A program made the translations under genes and the position numbers. This document shows, one piece after another, positions 1 through 10,336 of a DNA stretch of 64,000 nucleotides. Where the stretch lies: the NCBI RefSeq assembly GCF_020055675.1, contig NZ_JAIPUS010000011.1:774-64773 (forward strand), given 5' to 3'. The notes under the pieces are model-generated. The model saw only the letters and a program-made list of their open reading frames with translations, was not told where the DNA came from and searched no databases. The DNA comes from Marivita sp. (GTDB taxonomy: Bacteria > Pseudomonadota > Alphaproteobacteria > Rhodobacterales > Rhodobacteraceae). Positions within the stretch are counted from its first letter, which is position 1; every line of letters begins with the position of its first letter.

Positions 1-448
1 TTACCGTGCTACTGTCGGCTTTGACCAAATTGCCGACCTGATGGATCGGGTTATGACCAACGAGGTCAGCCAACCGACCTATCCCCCCTACAACATCGAA
101 AAGACCGCAGATGATGCATACCGCATCTCGATCGCCGTTGCCGGGTTCTCCGATGACGACCTGAGTGTCGAGGTCAAGGACGGCGCGCTGAATGTGTCGG
201 CCAGAAAAGTTGATGAAAACGAAGAGCGCACCTATCTGCACCGTGGCATTGCCACCCGCGCCTTCCAGCGCAGGTTCCCCTTGGCCGACCATGTTCGCGT
301 GATCGGGGCGAGCCATGAGAACGGGATGCTCCACATCGACTTGCAGCGCGAAATCCCCGAAGCGCTGAAGCCGCGCCGGATCGAGATCGCGAAGGCCGAT
401 GCGGTCGAGACGGACAAGGACGTGGTTGACGCGCAATCTGTGAACTAA
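1..448 (+). CDS. ibpA: Small heat-shock protein IbpA/Hsp20 family, 5'-truncated by window edge
   Basis: Frame is open from base 2 (YRATVGFDQIADLMDRV) into PTYPPYNIEK...YLHRGIATRAFQRRF...NGMLHIDL, typical alpha-crystallin sHSP motifs. Confidence 0.93.
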   Translation, partial: YRATVGFDQIADLMDRVMTNEVSQPTYPPYNIEKTADDAYRISIAVAGFSDDDLSVEVKDGALNVSARKVDENEERTYLHRGIATRAFQRRFPLADHVRVIGASHENGMLHIDLQREIPEALKPRRIEIAKADAVETDKDVVDAQSVN

Positions 449-506
449 GCACAGGACGGGTCACCGACCCCCCAAACGCTTTGACGCATTTGAGCCTTGA
501 CACAAG

Positions 507-539
507 CGGCCCGGCAGAAGACCTGCCGGGCCGTTTTTT
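507..539 (+). terminator. Intrinsic terminator between convergent ibpA and gabD
   Basis: 11-bp stem CGGCCCGGCAG/CTGCCGGGCCG, 5-nt loop, then TTTTTT. Confidence 0.85.
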
Positions 540-690
540 GTCGCAGACCAAGACCGGCAATCGTGCTGGTCGTTGATTCCTGTCGTCCGCGTCGGGTTCA
601 CGCAGACGACAACGCCAGATCGCGGAGACTATCCCCGCCGCGCGTGTCGATGGCGTCTTTGACCTTCTCGACCCGGGGAAAGACACAAGC

Positions 691-2166
691 TCAGACGCTC
701 ATGCAAACGTATTTCATCTCGAGAAAATCATCGATGCCGTGATGGCTGCCTTCGCGGCCAAGTCCGGATTGCTTGACGCCGCCGAAGGGCGCCACCTCGG
801 TCGAGATGATGCCGGTGTTCACACCGACGATGCCGTATTCCAGCGCCTCGGCCACCTTGTAGACGCGGCTCAGATCATTGGCGTAGAAATAGCTGGCGAG
901 ACCGAAGATCGTGTCATTGGCCAGTTCGATCACGTCGTCCTCGGTCTCGAACTTGAAGAGCGGGGCAAGCGGGCCAAAGGTCTCCTCGGTCGCGAATGCC
1001 ATGTCCCTGGTCGCGCCGGTGACGATTGTCGGACCGAAGAAATTGCCCTCCTTGCGATGCTCTTGCTCGCCAAGGATGACATCGGCCCCCTTGGACTTGG
1101 CATCCGCGATGTGGTCCTGCACCTTGGTGAGCGCATCCGCATTGATGAGCGGGCCAAGGTCGGTCCCCTCTTCAAGCCCGTCGCCCACCTTCATGCCGGA
1201 GACCTTGTCTTTCAGCTTTTGGGCGAATTCGTCATACACCCCCGCCTGCACATAGATCCGGTTGGCACAGACGCAGGTCTGGCCGTTGTTGCGGAACTTG
1301 CACAGGATGGCACCGTCGACCGCCGCATCGATATCGGCATCGTCGAACACGATGAAGGGCGCGTTGCCGCCAAGCTCCATCGAGCATTTCATCACCTGGT
1401 CGGCGGCCTGGCGCAACAGGATACGGCCCACCTCGGTCGAGCCGGTGAAGGTCAGCTTGCGCACCGCCGGGTTCTCGCACATTTCCTTGCCCACGTCCGA
1501 AGACGAGGAGGACGGCACCACGTTGAACACGCCTGCCGGGAGACCGGCGCGTTCGGCCAGCACCCCCATGACGATAGCCGAAAGCGGGGTTTCCGCCGCC
1601 GGGCGCGCGACGAAACTGCACCCCGCCGCCAGGGCCGGACCGGCCTTGCGGGCGATCATCGCGTTTGGGAAATTCCACGGCGTGATCGACCCGACAACGC
1701 CAATGGGCTGTTTCATCACCATGATGCGCTTGTCGCGCTGGTGGCCGGGGATCGTCTCACCATAAACGCGCTTTGCCTCCTCGGCAAAGAACTCAATGAA
1801 AGACGCGCCGTAGCCGATTTCTCCCTTCGCCTCGGTCAGGGGCTTGCCCTGTTCGGCGGTCAGGATCGTGCCCAGATCCTCCTGATGTTCGATCATGAGG
1901 TCGAACCACTTGCGCAGAACGGCAGCCCGTTCCTTCCCAGTCCATTTTGCCCAGTCCTTCTGTGCCGTTTCAGCAGCGGCAATGGCCTGGGCCACTTGGG
2001 CACGGGACAGGTCGGCAACCTCGGCGATGGTGTCACCACGCGCCGGGTTGTCGACCGCGAACGTGCCATCGTCCCCGTCAATCCAGCTGCCGTTGACATA
2101 GGCACGGATCTCCAAAAGCGTTGGGTCCTTGAGCAAGCTGGCAAGGTCGGTTGTCTGGTCGAGCAT
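691..2166 (-). CDS. gabD: NAD(P)-dependent succinate-semialdehyde dehydrogenase
   Basis: ALDH motifs ITPWNFP, FTGSTEVG, MELGGNAP, FRNNGQTCVC, EETFGP, PFGGVKQSGLGREG; ATG 2166 with GGAGAG RBS. Confidence 0.9.
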   Translation of the reverse strand: MLDQTTDLASLLKDPTLLEIRAYVNGSWIDGDDGTFAVDNPARGDTIAEVADLSRAQVAQAIAAAETAQKDWAKWTGKERAAVLRKWFDLMIEHQEDLGTILTAEQGKPLTEAKGEIGYGASFIEFFAEEAKRVYGETIPGHQRDKRIMVMKQPIGVVGSITPWNFPNAMIARKAGPALAAGCSFVARPAAETPLSAIVMGVLAERAGLPAGVFNVVPSSSSSDVGKEMCENPAVRKLTFTGSTEVGRILLRQAADQVMKCSMELGGNAPFIVFDDADIDAAVDGAILCKFRNNGQTCVCANRIYVQAGVYDEFAQKLKDKVSGMKVGDGLEEGTDLGPLINADALTKVQDHIADAKSKGADVILGEQEHRKEGNFFGPTIVTGATRDMAFATEETFGPLAPLFKFETEDDVIELANDTIFGLASYFYANDLSRVYKVAEALEYGIVGVNTGIISTEVAPFGGVKQSGLGREGSHHGIDDFLEMKYVCMSV

Positions 2167-2244
2167 GGGTCTCTCCGTTTTTGGTACTGACAAAGGCGGA
2201 TCATTTGATAGATGCAATGGCAAGGATCAACACGGGGTGAACCA

Positions 2245-3042
2245 GTGGATTGGGACGATGCTTATGCCAATGCGGCGTATATTCCCGGCGCGGATATGTA
2301 TCCGGACCGGTGGCGCTCCGATGCCGATGACTTTCGGACACGACTGGCGGTCCTGAACCGCGCACGTCTTGGTGTCATGTATGGGCACGGAACGCGCGAA
2401 ATCGTCGATCTGTTCCAGCCCGACAAACCGGCGCAGGGGACAATGATCTTTGTGCATGGCGGATATTGGCGGCGCTTTGACGGTTCGCTGTGGTCTCATT
2501 TCTCGCAGGGCGCTTTGAACAGCGGCTGGACGGTTGCGATGCCCACCTATGACCTCGCCCCGCGCGTCCGAATCGCGGATATCACCCGTCAAATCGCACA
2601 GGCAGTCTGTGTCGTGGCGAATGAACATCCAGGGCCTTTGCGTCTTGTTGGGCATTCCGCGGGCGGGCACCTTGTCGCGCGGATGCTGGACCCGGAGGTG
2701 CTGCCCCCCGAGATTTCCACCCGCATCGAAAAAGTTGTGCCGATCTCGCCAGTCTCCGACCTGCGCCCGCTCTTGAACACGACCATGAATGATGACTTCA
2801 AGATGGACGAGGCCGCCGCCAAAGCCGAAAGCCCGGTGTTCATGGCCCCGCCCTCAACACCGGTGACCGTCTGGGTCGGGGCCGACGAAAGACCCGTATT
2901 CCTAGACCAGGCGCGCTGGCTGGCCGACGCATGGGGATGCGAGCGCATCGAAGTGCCCGGAAAGCACCATTTCGACGTGATCGATGGATTGAAGGACCCT
3001 GACAGCCCATTGATGCGGTCAATTCTCGCATCCACCGCTTGA
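2245..3042 (+). CDS. Alpha/beta hydrolase (arylformamidase/esterase-like)
   Basis: HGGYW oxyanion motif, GHSAG nucleophile elbow, C-terminal HHFDV; GTG start estimated. Confidence 0.8.
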   Translation: MDWDDAYANAAYIPGADMYPDRWRSDADDFRTRLAVLNRARLGVMYGHGTREIVDLFQPDKPAQGTMIFVHGGYWRRFDGSLWSHFSQGALNSGWTVAMPTYDLAPRVRIADITRQIAQAVCVVANEHPGPLRLVGHSAGGHLVARMLDPEVLPPEISTRIEKVVPISPVSDLRPLLNTTMNDDFKMDEAAAKAESPVFMAPPSTPVTVWVGADERPVFLDQARWLADAWGCERIEVPGKHHFDVIDGLKDPDSPLMRSILASTA

Positions 3043-3167
3043 CACTCGGTCTTGATCGGCATGGCGTGCTGCCATGGCGATGTCTTTTTTGGACCCGGGT
3101 TTGACCAAAAAGGACAAGCCGTTTCGTTTTGAGCCGCGCAAGGTTCACGGTGAAGGAGGCGTTGAAC

Positions 3168-4418
3168 ATGCGATACTCAGGCTTTCGGGTCATCAAGGAG
3201 GCTCTGACCGGTCATCGCGGCTGGGGACCGGCATGGCGCGATCCCGAACCGCAGCCCCGGTATGACTACATCATCATCGGCGGCGGCGGCCACGGTCTGG
3301 CGACCGCGTATTATCTTGCCAAGCACTTCAAGCAATCGCGGATCGCGGTGCTCGAAAAGGGCTGGATCGGTGGCGGCAATGTCGGACGCAACACCACGAT
3401 TGTGCGATCCAACTACATGCTCGATGGGAATGAGCCGTTCTACGAGTTTTCGCTCAAGCTCTGGGAAGGGTTGGAACAGGATCTGAATTACAACGCCATG
3501 ATGAGCCAGCGCGGGGTTATCAACCTCATGCATTCAGACGCCCAGCGCGATGCGTATGTCCGGCGCGGCAACGCGATGATCCTGAACGGGGCGGATGCGG
3601 AATTGCTGGATCAAAAGCAGGTGGTTGCGAAATATCCTTTCCTGAACGTCAAAAACGCACGCTTCCCGGTGATGGGCGGCTTGCTGCAAGCGCGGGCTGG
3701 CACCGCCCGGCACGACGCGGTGGCCTGGGGCTTTGCCAGGGCTGCGGACCAATGCGGTATCGACATCATCCAGAACTGCGAGGTGACCGGGTTCAAGATC
3801 GAGAACGGCAAGGTTCAGGGAGTCGAGACATCACGCGGGTTCATCGGAACCAAAAAGGTCGGCGTCTGCGTGGCCGGATCATCCTCGCGCGTGATGGCGC
3901 AGGCCGGGATGCGCCTGCCCATCGAAAGCCATGTCCTGCAGGCCTTCGTGACGGAAGGGCTGAAGCCCGTCCTGCCGGGTGTGATCACCTTTGGCGCCGG
4001 TCATTTCTATTGCAGCCAGTCCGACAAGGGCGGGCTGGTCTTCGGCGGCAATATCGATGGCTACAATTCCTATGCATCACGCGGCAACCTGCCGGTGGTC
4101 GAGGATGTGATCGAGGAAGCCATCGCCATGTTCCCGATGCTGGGTCGCGCGCGTCTGTTGCGCATGTGGGGCGGCATCGTGGACATGTCGATGGACGGCT
4201 CTCCGATCATCGACAAGACATCTGTGGACGGGCTCTATTTCAACGGCGGCTGGTGTTACGGCGGGTTCAAGGCAACGCCGGCCTCGGGCTTTTGCTATGC
4301 GCACTTGCTGGCAACCGACACGCCACATGAAACCGCAACGGGATACAGGCTGAACCGTTTCGAGACGGGGCACATGATCGACGAAAAAGGAGTGGGCGCG
4401 CAGCCCAATCTGCACTGA
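3168..4418 (+). CDS. soxB: Heterotetrameric sarcosine oxidase beta subunit
   Basis: GGGGHGLATAYYLA FAD motif, GNVGRNTTIVRSNY, GWCYGGFKATP; AAGGAGG RBS before ATG 3168. Confidence 0.92.
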   Translation: MRYSGFRVIKEALTGHRGWGPAWRDPEPQPRYDYIIIGGGGHGLATAYYLAKHFKQSRIAVLEKGWIGGGNVGRNTTIVRSNYMLDGNEPFYEFSLKLWEGLEQDLNYNAMMSQRGVINLMHSDAQRDAYVRRGNAMILNGADAELLDQKQVVAKYPFLNVKNARFPVMGGLLQARAGTARHDAVAWGFARAADQCGIDIIQNCEVTGFKIENGKVQGVETSRGFIGTKKVGVCVAGSSSRVMAQAGMRLPIESHVLQAFVTEGLKPVLPGVITFGAGHFYCSQSDKGGLVFGGNIDGYNSYASRGNLPVVEDVIEEAIAMFPMLGRARLLRMWGGIVDMSMDGSPIIDKTSVDGLYFNGGWCYGGFKATPASGFCYAHLLATDTPHETATGYRLNRFETGHMIDEKGVGAQPNLH

Positions 4419-4699
4419 TGATTATCACCCACCCCATCCTAGGCCCGCGCGACAGCAGCGAATTCGTTTATCTGGGCGATGCGACGCTTCTGGATCGCCC
4501 GGATTGGCAGGCCGACGATGCCTTGCACCAATTCACCCGGTATCAGCACAGTCGCGACAACCCGGCCGGGCTGCACCGCGAGCTTTGGTTTCACGAACAG
4601 GGCGATCGGTCCTGGCTTGTCGTCACACGCGATACCGTCACGCATGAGATCATGCAGGTTGAATTCGCCAGTGACATGGCGCGGAAGGAGCGGTCGTGA
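4418..4699 (+). CDS. soxD: Sarcosine oxidase delta subunit
   Basis: GPRDSSEFVYLGDA...RDNPAG..RELWFH..G.RSWLVVTRDTVTHEI; coupled to soxB and soxA. Confidence 0.88.
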   Translation: MIITHPILGPRDSSEFVYLGDATLLDRPDWQADDALHQFTRYQHSRDNPAGLHRELWFHEQGDRSWLVVTRDTVTHEIMQVEFASDMARKERS

Positions 4700-7653
4700 T
4701 GAGCCAGAAAAACCGTTTGGACGACGGGCTGATCGACCGGTCAGAGACCTTTTCCTTTCGCTTCGACAGTCAGTACTACAAGGGTCACAAGGGCGATACG
4801 CTGGCCTCGGCGCTGCTGGCCAACGGTGTGCGGCTGATGGGCCGCTCGTTCAAGTATCACCGTCCGCGCGGCGTGATGACTGCCGGCTCCGAGGAACCGA
4901 ACGCCCTGGTCGAACTGCGCGACGGTGCACGGAAAGAACCGAACACGCGGGCGACCACGGCGGAGCTGTTCGACGGGTTGAGGGCAGAATCGCAGAACCG
5001 CTGGCCGTCACTGGCGTTTGACGCCATGGAAGTGAACGATCTTCTGTCGAGCTTCTTCGCCGCCGGGTTCTATTACAAGACCTTCATGTGGCCCGCCGCG
5101 TTCTGGGAAAAGATCTACGAGCCGATCATTCGCCGGGCAGCCGGTTTGGGGTCACTCAGCACGCGGGACGACCCGGATGAGTACGACAAAGGGTTCCTGC
5201 ATTGCGATCTTCTGATCATCGGCGGGGGGCCAGCCGGGCTGGCCGCAGCCTTGACCGCCGGCGAAAGTGGCGCGCGGGTTATCCTCGCGGACGAGGATTT
5301 CCTTATCGGGGGTCGGCTGAACCTCGAAAGCCACGCCCTTGGCGGCATGTCCGGCCCCGCCTGGGCGGCAGAAATGGGTGCACGCCTTGGTGCCATGCCG
5401 AATGTACGGGTCATGCCACGCACCACGGTAATGGGCGCGTTCGATCACGGCGTTTACGGCGCTGTGGAACGGGTGAGCGACCACCTGAAAGTTCCGGAGG
5501 ACGGCAAGCCGCTGCAAATCCTCTGGCGCATCACATCGAAGCGCGCGATCCTCTGCGCGGGGGCCACCGAACGACCCATCGTTTTTGAAAACAACGACCG
5601 CCCCGGCATCATGCAGGCCAGCGCCATACGCGCCTACGCAAACCGTTGGGCCGTGACACCGGCGCGGCAGGTGGCGATCTTTACCAACAACGATGACGGG
5701 CATCGCACTGCGTCCGATCTGGTGGCCAAGGGCGTGGACGACGTGTCGGTGATCGACACGCGCACCGATGCGCCCTCGTCGTCGGATTATAACGTGATCG
5801 CCGGGGGCGTGATCGACCAGACATGGGGGCGGCTTGGCCTGACACAGATCGAGGTGAAGATGCCCAGGGGCGGCATTCGCAGGATCAAATGTGGCGCTTT
5901 GGGTGTGTCTGGCGGGTGGAACCCGAACGTGCACCTGACATGCCACCAGCGGGGGCGCCCCGTCTGGAACGATGCGATTGCCGGCTTTGTGCCCGGCGAA
6001 GCGTTGCCAATGGGCATGACAGTCGCTGGCGCTGCAAATGGCGTGTTTTCCACCCATGGCGCGCTGAAAACCGGTGCCGATGCCGCGAAAGGGGTCCTGT
6101 CCGACTTGGGGCTGACGGCCAAGACGCTGCCCCTTCCCGAGACCGAGGATGCACCCGCCCGCGTCACCCCGTTCTGGCATGTCAAAACCGCAAAACGCGC
6201 ATGGGTGGACCAGCAGAACGACGTGACCGCCAAGGACATCAAGCTGGCACATCAGGAAAACTTCCGATCCGTCGAGCACCTGAAGCGTTACACGACGCTG
6301 GGGATGGCGACGGACCAGGGCAAGACATCGAACATCGCCGGCTTGGCGATCATGGCCGAGGTGGCAGGCACATCCATCCCCGAGGTCGGCACGACCATGT
6401 TCCGCCCACCCTACACGCCCACCGCGATGGCTGTTTTCGCGGGGCGCGCCCGGGGCACCGAAACGCGCCCGACACGCCTGACGCCAAGCCACCGCTGGGC
6501 CGAAGAACAGGGCGCTGTCTTCACAGAAGCCGGGCTTTGGTTGCGCGCACAGTGGTTCCCCAAACCGAGCGAGACGCATTGGCGCGAAAGCTGTGATCGG
6601 GAAGTCCTGCAAACCCGCAAATCGGTCGGTATCTGTGACGTCACCTCACTGGGCAAGATCGACGTGCAGGGCTCTGATGCCGCGGCGTTCCTGAACCTGG
6701 TCTACTGCAACGGATTTGCCAAGCTGCCGGTCGGCAAGGTGCGCTATGGCCTGATGCTGCGCGAGGACGGGATCGTCATGGATGACGGCACTGCGGCGCG
6801 ATTGGCCGAAGATCATTTCATCGTCACGACAACGACCGGCAACGCGCTCGGAGTCTACCGTCACATGGAATTCGTGCGGCAATGCCTTTGTCCCGACATG
6901 GACGTGCAACTGATCTCGACCACCGAGGCCTGGGCGCAATTCGCGGTCGCCGGTCCCAAATCCCGCGCACTTCTGCACAAGATCGTGGATGACGAGTTTG
7001 ATCTGTCCAACGCGGCGTTCCCGTTCATGGCCTGCGCCGAGACAACAATTTGCGGCGGCCTGCGCGCGCGGCTGTTCCGGATTTCGTTCTCGGGCGAGCT
7101 CGCCTACGAGATTGCAGTGCCGACGCGGTACGGTGACGCCCTGATCCGGCGATTGATGGACGCAGGCAAGGAATTCGACGTCGTACCCTACGGGCTTGAG
7201 GCGCTGAATGTCATGCGCATCGAGAAGGGGCACGCGACGGCAAACGAATTGAACGGCACCACCACGGCGCTGAACCTCGGGATGGGGCGAATGGTCTCGA
7301 AGAAGAAGGACTCGATCGGATCCATTCTGTCAGAACGGCCGGGCCTGACTGAAGCCGACGCTCTGAAGCTGGTTGGCCTGAAGCCGGTCGATCCCGAGAA
7401 CCCGGTGCCTGCCGGTGCCCACCTGATGACGAAAGATGCAAAGGCGACTGCATCCAACGATCAGGGCTACGTGACCTCAGCCTGTTATTCGCCCAACCTC
7501 GGACACCACATTGCGCTGGGGTTCCTGAAAGCGGGCGACGCACGGCTGGGCGAGGTGATCGGGCTGGTGAGTCCTTTGACGGGCATCAATCATGATGTTG
7601 AAGTCGTCAGCCCCCATTTTCTCGATCCAAAAGGAGAGCGTCTGCGTGCATGA
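4696..7653 (+). CDS. soxA: Sarcosine oxidase alpha subunit
   Basis: GDTLASALLANG, RSFKYHRPRG, GGGPAGL, HLKRYTTLGMATDQGKTSN, C-terminal GcvT-like folate domain. Confidence 0.93.
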   Translation: MMSQKNRLDDGLIDRSETFSFRFDSQYYKGHKGDTLASALLANGVRLMGRSFKYHRPRGVMTAGSEEPNALVELRDGARKEPNTRATTAELFDGLRAESQNRWPSLAFDAMEVNDLLSSFFAAGFYYKTFMWPAAFWEKIYEPIIRRAAGLGSLSTRDDPDEYDKGFLHCDLLIIGGGPAGLAAALTAGESGARVILADEDFLIGGRLNLESHALGGMSGPAWAAEMGARLGAMPNVRVMPRTTVMGAFDHGVYGAVERVSDHLKVPEDGKPLQILWRITSKRAILCAGATERPIVFENNDRPGIMQASAIRAYANRWAVTPARQVAIFTNNDDGHRTASDLVAKGVDDVSVIDTRTDAPSSSDYNVIAGGVIDQTWGRLGLTQIEVKMPRGGIRRIKCGALGVSGGWNPNVHLTCHQRGRPVWNDAIAGFVPGEALPMGMTVAGAANGVFSTHGALKTGADAAKGVLSDLGLTAKTLPLPETEDAPARVTPFWHVKTAKRAWVDQQNDVTAKDIKLAHQENFRSVEHLKRYTTLGMATDQGKTSNIAGLAIMAEVAGTSIPEVGTTMFRPPYTPTAMAVFAGRARGTETRPTRLTPSHRWAEEQGAVFTEAGLWLRAQWFPKPSETHWRESCDREVLQTRKSVGICDVTSLGKIDVQGSDAAAFLNLVYCNGFAKLPVGKVRYGLMLREDGIVMDDGTAARLAEDHFIVTTTTGNALGVYRHMEFVRQCLCPDMDVQLISTTEAWAQFAVAGPKSRALLHKIVDDEFDLSNAAFPFMACAETTICGGLRARLFRISFSGELAYEIAVPTRYGDALIRRLMDAGKEFDVVPYGLEALNVMRIEKGHATANELNGTTTALNLGMGRMVSKKKDSIGSILSERPGLTEADALKLVGLKPVDPENPVPAGAHLMTKDAKATASNDQGYVTSACYSPNLGHHIALGFLKAGDARLGEVIGLVSPLTGINHDVEVVSPHFLDPKGERLRA

Positions 7654-8212
7654 CCTGGCCCCCCTTTGCGCCCTTGGCGGCACTGACCCCGCGATTGAAA
7701 CGCTTGCCGGCGTCACTTTGACCGAATTTCCGGACCTGGCGCTCGCATCGGTCTCTGCCCGAAGAGGCTCGGAAGCGGCCTGCAGGGCACACTTGAAAGG
7801 CCTACTGAACAGCGCAGTGCCAAAGCCCGGCAGAGCCGTGTTCAAGAACCCCGAGGCGGCTTTCTGGATCGGGCCAGATCAATGGATGGTCAGCGCGCCC
7901 CATGCCAGCCACGCGGACCTGACCGATCAGCTAAATTCCCGCTTCCTGAACACCGCGTCTATCACGGAGCAAACCGACGGCTGGGTCTGTTTCGACTTGC
8001 GCGGGGAGGGCGTTGAAGAGGTGATCCGTCTTTGCGCAAATATCGATATCGACCAGATGCAAACCGGCGATGCCGTGCGGACCGTTGTTCACCACATGGG
8101 CGTTTACATCCTGCGCCTCGATCCGGCGAACGCGCTGCGCATCTTCGGCCCTCGATCCTCGGCCAAATCGCTGCACTTGGCACTCAAGACGGCAATGGGT
8201 GCGGCGCTCTAG
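7646..8212 (+). CDS. soxG: Sarcosine oxidase gamma subunit
   Basis: FWIGPDQWMV, ITEQTDGWVCFDLRG, RSSAKSL; GTG start overlaps soxA end. Confidence 0.85.
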   Translation: MHDLAPLCALGGTDPAIETLAGVTLTEFPDLALASVSARRGSEAACRAHLKGLLNSAVPKPGRAVFKNPEAAFWIGPDQWMVSAPHASHADLTDQLNSRFLNTASITEQTDGWVCFDLRGEGVEEVIRLCANIDIDQMQTGDAVRTVVHHMGVYILRLDPANALRIFGPRSSAKSLHLALKTAMGAAL

Positions 8213-8230
8213 CGCAGCGGGTTCGGGTTT

Positions 8231-8255
8231 GGAACAACGCCATGGGTCGGGAGTT
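8231..8255 (+). promoter_or_regulatory. EcfG (sigmaT/RpoE2)-type general stress promoter
   Basis: GGAAC-N17-GTT, 23 nt upstream of a strong-RBS small ORF. Confidence 0.6.
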
Positions 8256-8278
8256 GTCCGGGCAGAAAGGAGGCACGT

Positions 8279-8431
8279 ATGACAGCAGAATTCGCAGTCC
8301 CTCTCTTGGCCTTGATAACGATGCTGGCGGCAATCATTTTCGCCTTGGTCAGCAAGCAGCGCACTGACCAAAAGATGGCCGATCCAAACGCATCCAAATC
8401 ACGATTGGCCGAGGACGCGCCGAACCACTGA
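8279..8431 (+). CDS. 50-aa single-pass membrane protein of unknown function (not in ORF track)
   Basis: AGGAGG RBS; MTAEFAVPLLALITMLAAIIFALVSKQRTDQKMADPNASKSRLAEDAPNH; followed by terminator. Confidence 0.75.
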   Translation: MTAEFAVPLLALITMLAAIIFALVSKQRTDQKMADPNASKSRLAEDAPNH

Positions 8432-8452
8432 AGGCGACCCGTTTACAAAATC

Positions 8453-8487
8453 AAAGCGCGCTTTGGATATCCAAGGCGCGCTTTTTT
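8453..8487. terminator. Bidirectional intrinsic terminator
   Basis: AAAGCGCGCTTTGGA-TA-TCCAAGGCGCGCTTT(TTT) between the small ORF and the convergent kinase. Confidence 0.75.
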
Positions 8488-8505
8488 GCGCGCAAATCGT
8501 GGACC

Positions 8506-10266
8506 CTATTCCGGTTCAAACGACTGATATTCAAACGTCATGGTCACACCGCGCCGGTCGTCTTCGTCGATCTCGTTCAGGTTGGCATCGAGCTGGGCGG
8601 CGAAGGCAAGGATCAGGCGTTTGCCAAGGCCCGTACCATTTGTCCGTTTCATGGTTGGATCGACGCTGTTTTCGATCGTCAGACGCACGCTGGTCTGGTC
8701 TCCGTGCGTTTCTTCCTTCAGGTCGACTTTCAACCGGAACACACCATCGCGACCGGGACCGCCATATTTGAACGCATTGGACAGAGCCTCGGTCGTGACC
8801 ATGGCAATCGGACTGGTCTGGTCGGGCAAGAGCGTTACCGGATCGAGATCAAGCGTCACCGTAGGAGCGTGCTCCTTGGCACCGCCGACAGCTTCCACTT
8901 GTTCTACCAGATCGCGCAACAGGACATCGCACCGAATATGCGTCAGCGACGGCTCCTGGTACAGCGCGCGGTGGACGGTCGCGAGACTGGTCACGCGGTC
9001 CTGAAATTGGCGCAAGGCCGAAACCGCTTCGGGATTGGCCACCTGTCGCACCTGCATGTTGATGATGGACGAGATGAGCTGAAGATTGTTCTTGACCCTG
9101 TGGTGCACTTCTTTCAGCAGCACCTCGCGTTCGAAGACGGCGTTTTCCAGATCGGCTTCTTCACGCAAGAGCTGGTCGGCCATCGATTCGAACGTGCCAT
9201 TGATCATCTGGATCTCGCTTGGCGCATCCGCGATGTTGTTCGAGGTTTCAACATTGCGATAAGTCGCGAAATGCCGCATCCGACGCCCAAGATCGCGGAT
9301 ATGGTGCAGAACGAGACGGTTGAGCGAAATCACCGCAACGGCGATCCCGACCATCCACATAAGGAAGGGAAACAACAGCGTGGTTGCCGTGAACCACGGA
9401 GCGGTCGTGCGTTGCAGCGCGGTGCGCCCCCAACTGCCAAGCGCATAGACCTCGTCTTCAAGGACCGGCACGACTGAAATCAGACGTGTATCGCCCATCC
9501 GCGAGGTTGCGGTGAAGAAGGTGTCTCCCTGCGTGGCAAACCCTTCAAGCGACAAGCCCTCGGGCAGATATTCTTCGATCGGGCGATCGGGGGTCGCGCT
9601 GGACAGGACTTGCCCGAACTTGTTGAACGTCACCAAGGCAATATCCGGGTTGGACCCCAGGTCACTGTCTTTGCGCAAAAGCGGTTTTGTCTCGAAAGAC
9701 AATGTCGTAAGGCCGAGAAGTGTTCCATCCGGGCGGAAGGCCGGATGTGCGATCATGATAACCGGGCGTTGGCTGACCTGCCCGCGCGGATTGAAGGCGA
9801 TATAGGGTTCGGGATTGTCAAACAAACCCTCGGATTGCGGATCAGGTGAAAATTCGATCCGGTCTCCGGTGTTGTTGCATGTCGAGACAAACCCGTCGTC
9901 CACGACACCCGCAAAGCTCACGCGAGGGTTCGAGTCGAGAATGCGCCGCATGATGGCGATGCATTGGTCATTGGACAGATCGACCTCGCCCAGCGTGTCG
10001 GACAAGGTGCGAGAAACACCCAGCTTGGACAAAAGCTGGCGGCGTTCAGGTTCGACAAGCGTGCTGGTGCGCGCGTGGATGGATGCTTCGAGATAGGAAT
10101 TGTTGGTGCTCAGCGCCCGCCAGCTTTGTCCCATGGCAACAAGGCCGATCGGCAGGAGCGCGAGCGACAACAGGAACGCGATACGCACGACAAGACTTCC
10201 GCTGGACGTTGCGGGGTACAAGTCTGCGTCGTCACGACCACCTTGACTGGGCTGCGATCCCGACAT
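8506..10266 (-). CDS. Membrane sensor histidine kinase, HisKA_2/HWE-like with periplasmic Cache-type domain
   Basis: Two TM segments flanking a periplasmic domain; H-box EVHHRVKNNLQLISS; EALSNAFKYG; GTGLG. Confidence 0.85.
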   Translation of the reverse strand: MSGSQPSQGGRDDADLYPATSSGSLVVRIAFLLSLALLPIGLVAMGQSWRALSTNNSYLEASIHARTSTLVEPERRQLLSKLGVSRTLSDTLGEVDLSNDQCIAIMRRILDSNPRVSFAGVVDDGFVSTCNNTGDRIEFSPDPQSEGLFDNPEPYIAFNPRGQVSQRPVIMIAHPAFRPDGTLLGLTTLSFETKPLLRKDSDLGSNPDIALVTFNKFGQVLSSATPDRPIEEYLPEGLSLEGFATQGDTFFTATSRMGDTRLISVVPVLEDEVYALGSWGRTALQRTTAPWFTATTLLFPFLMWMVGIAVAVISLNRLVLHHIRDLGRRMRHFATYRNVETSNNIADAPSEIQMINGTFESMADQLLREEADLENAVFEREVLLKEVHHRVKNNLQLISSIINMQVRQVANPEAVSALRQFQDRVTSLATVHRALYQEPSLTHIRCDVLLRDLVEQVEAVGGAKEHAPTVTLDLDPVTLLPDQTSPIAMVTTEALSNAFKYGGPGRDGVFRLKVDLKEETHGDQTSVRLTIENSVDPTMKRTNGTGLGKRLILAFAAQLDANLNEIDEDDRRGVTMTFEYQSFEPE

Positions 10267-10301
10267 CTGCGCTTACGATGTTTGCATCGGCGCACCGCAG
10301 C

Positions 10302-10336
10302 GCACGGGCACGGGCAAGGACACGGGCACGGGCACG
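10302..10336. repeat. Hexamer tandem repeat (CACGGG)n with one variant unit
   Basis: cacggg cacggg caagga cacggg cacggg cacg in the kinase 5' leader. Confidence 0.85.

Noticed and set aside
589-690. Protein-like reading (VEKVKDAIDTRGG) in frame after the gabD stop
   Set aside because: No start codon or RBS, only about 30 codons, and no recognisable homology
739-2190. 483-aa plus-strand ORF, and similar long antisense ORFs (5152-6612, 15839-17923, 34083-36997, 55262-57436, 60820-62484)
   Set aside because: Shadow frames opposite well-supported genes, expected with high GC3; no family motifs
10302-10336. Repeat as CRISPR or RiPP precursor signal
   Set aside because: Hexamer tandem without spacers; no cas or RiPP modification genes nearby
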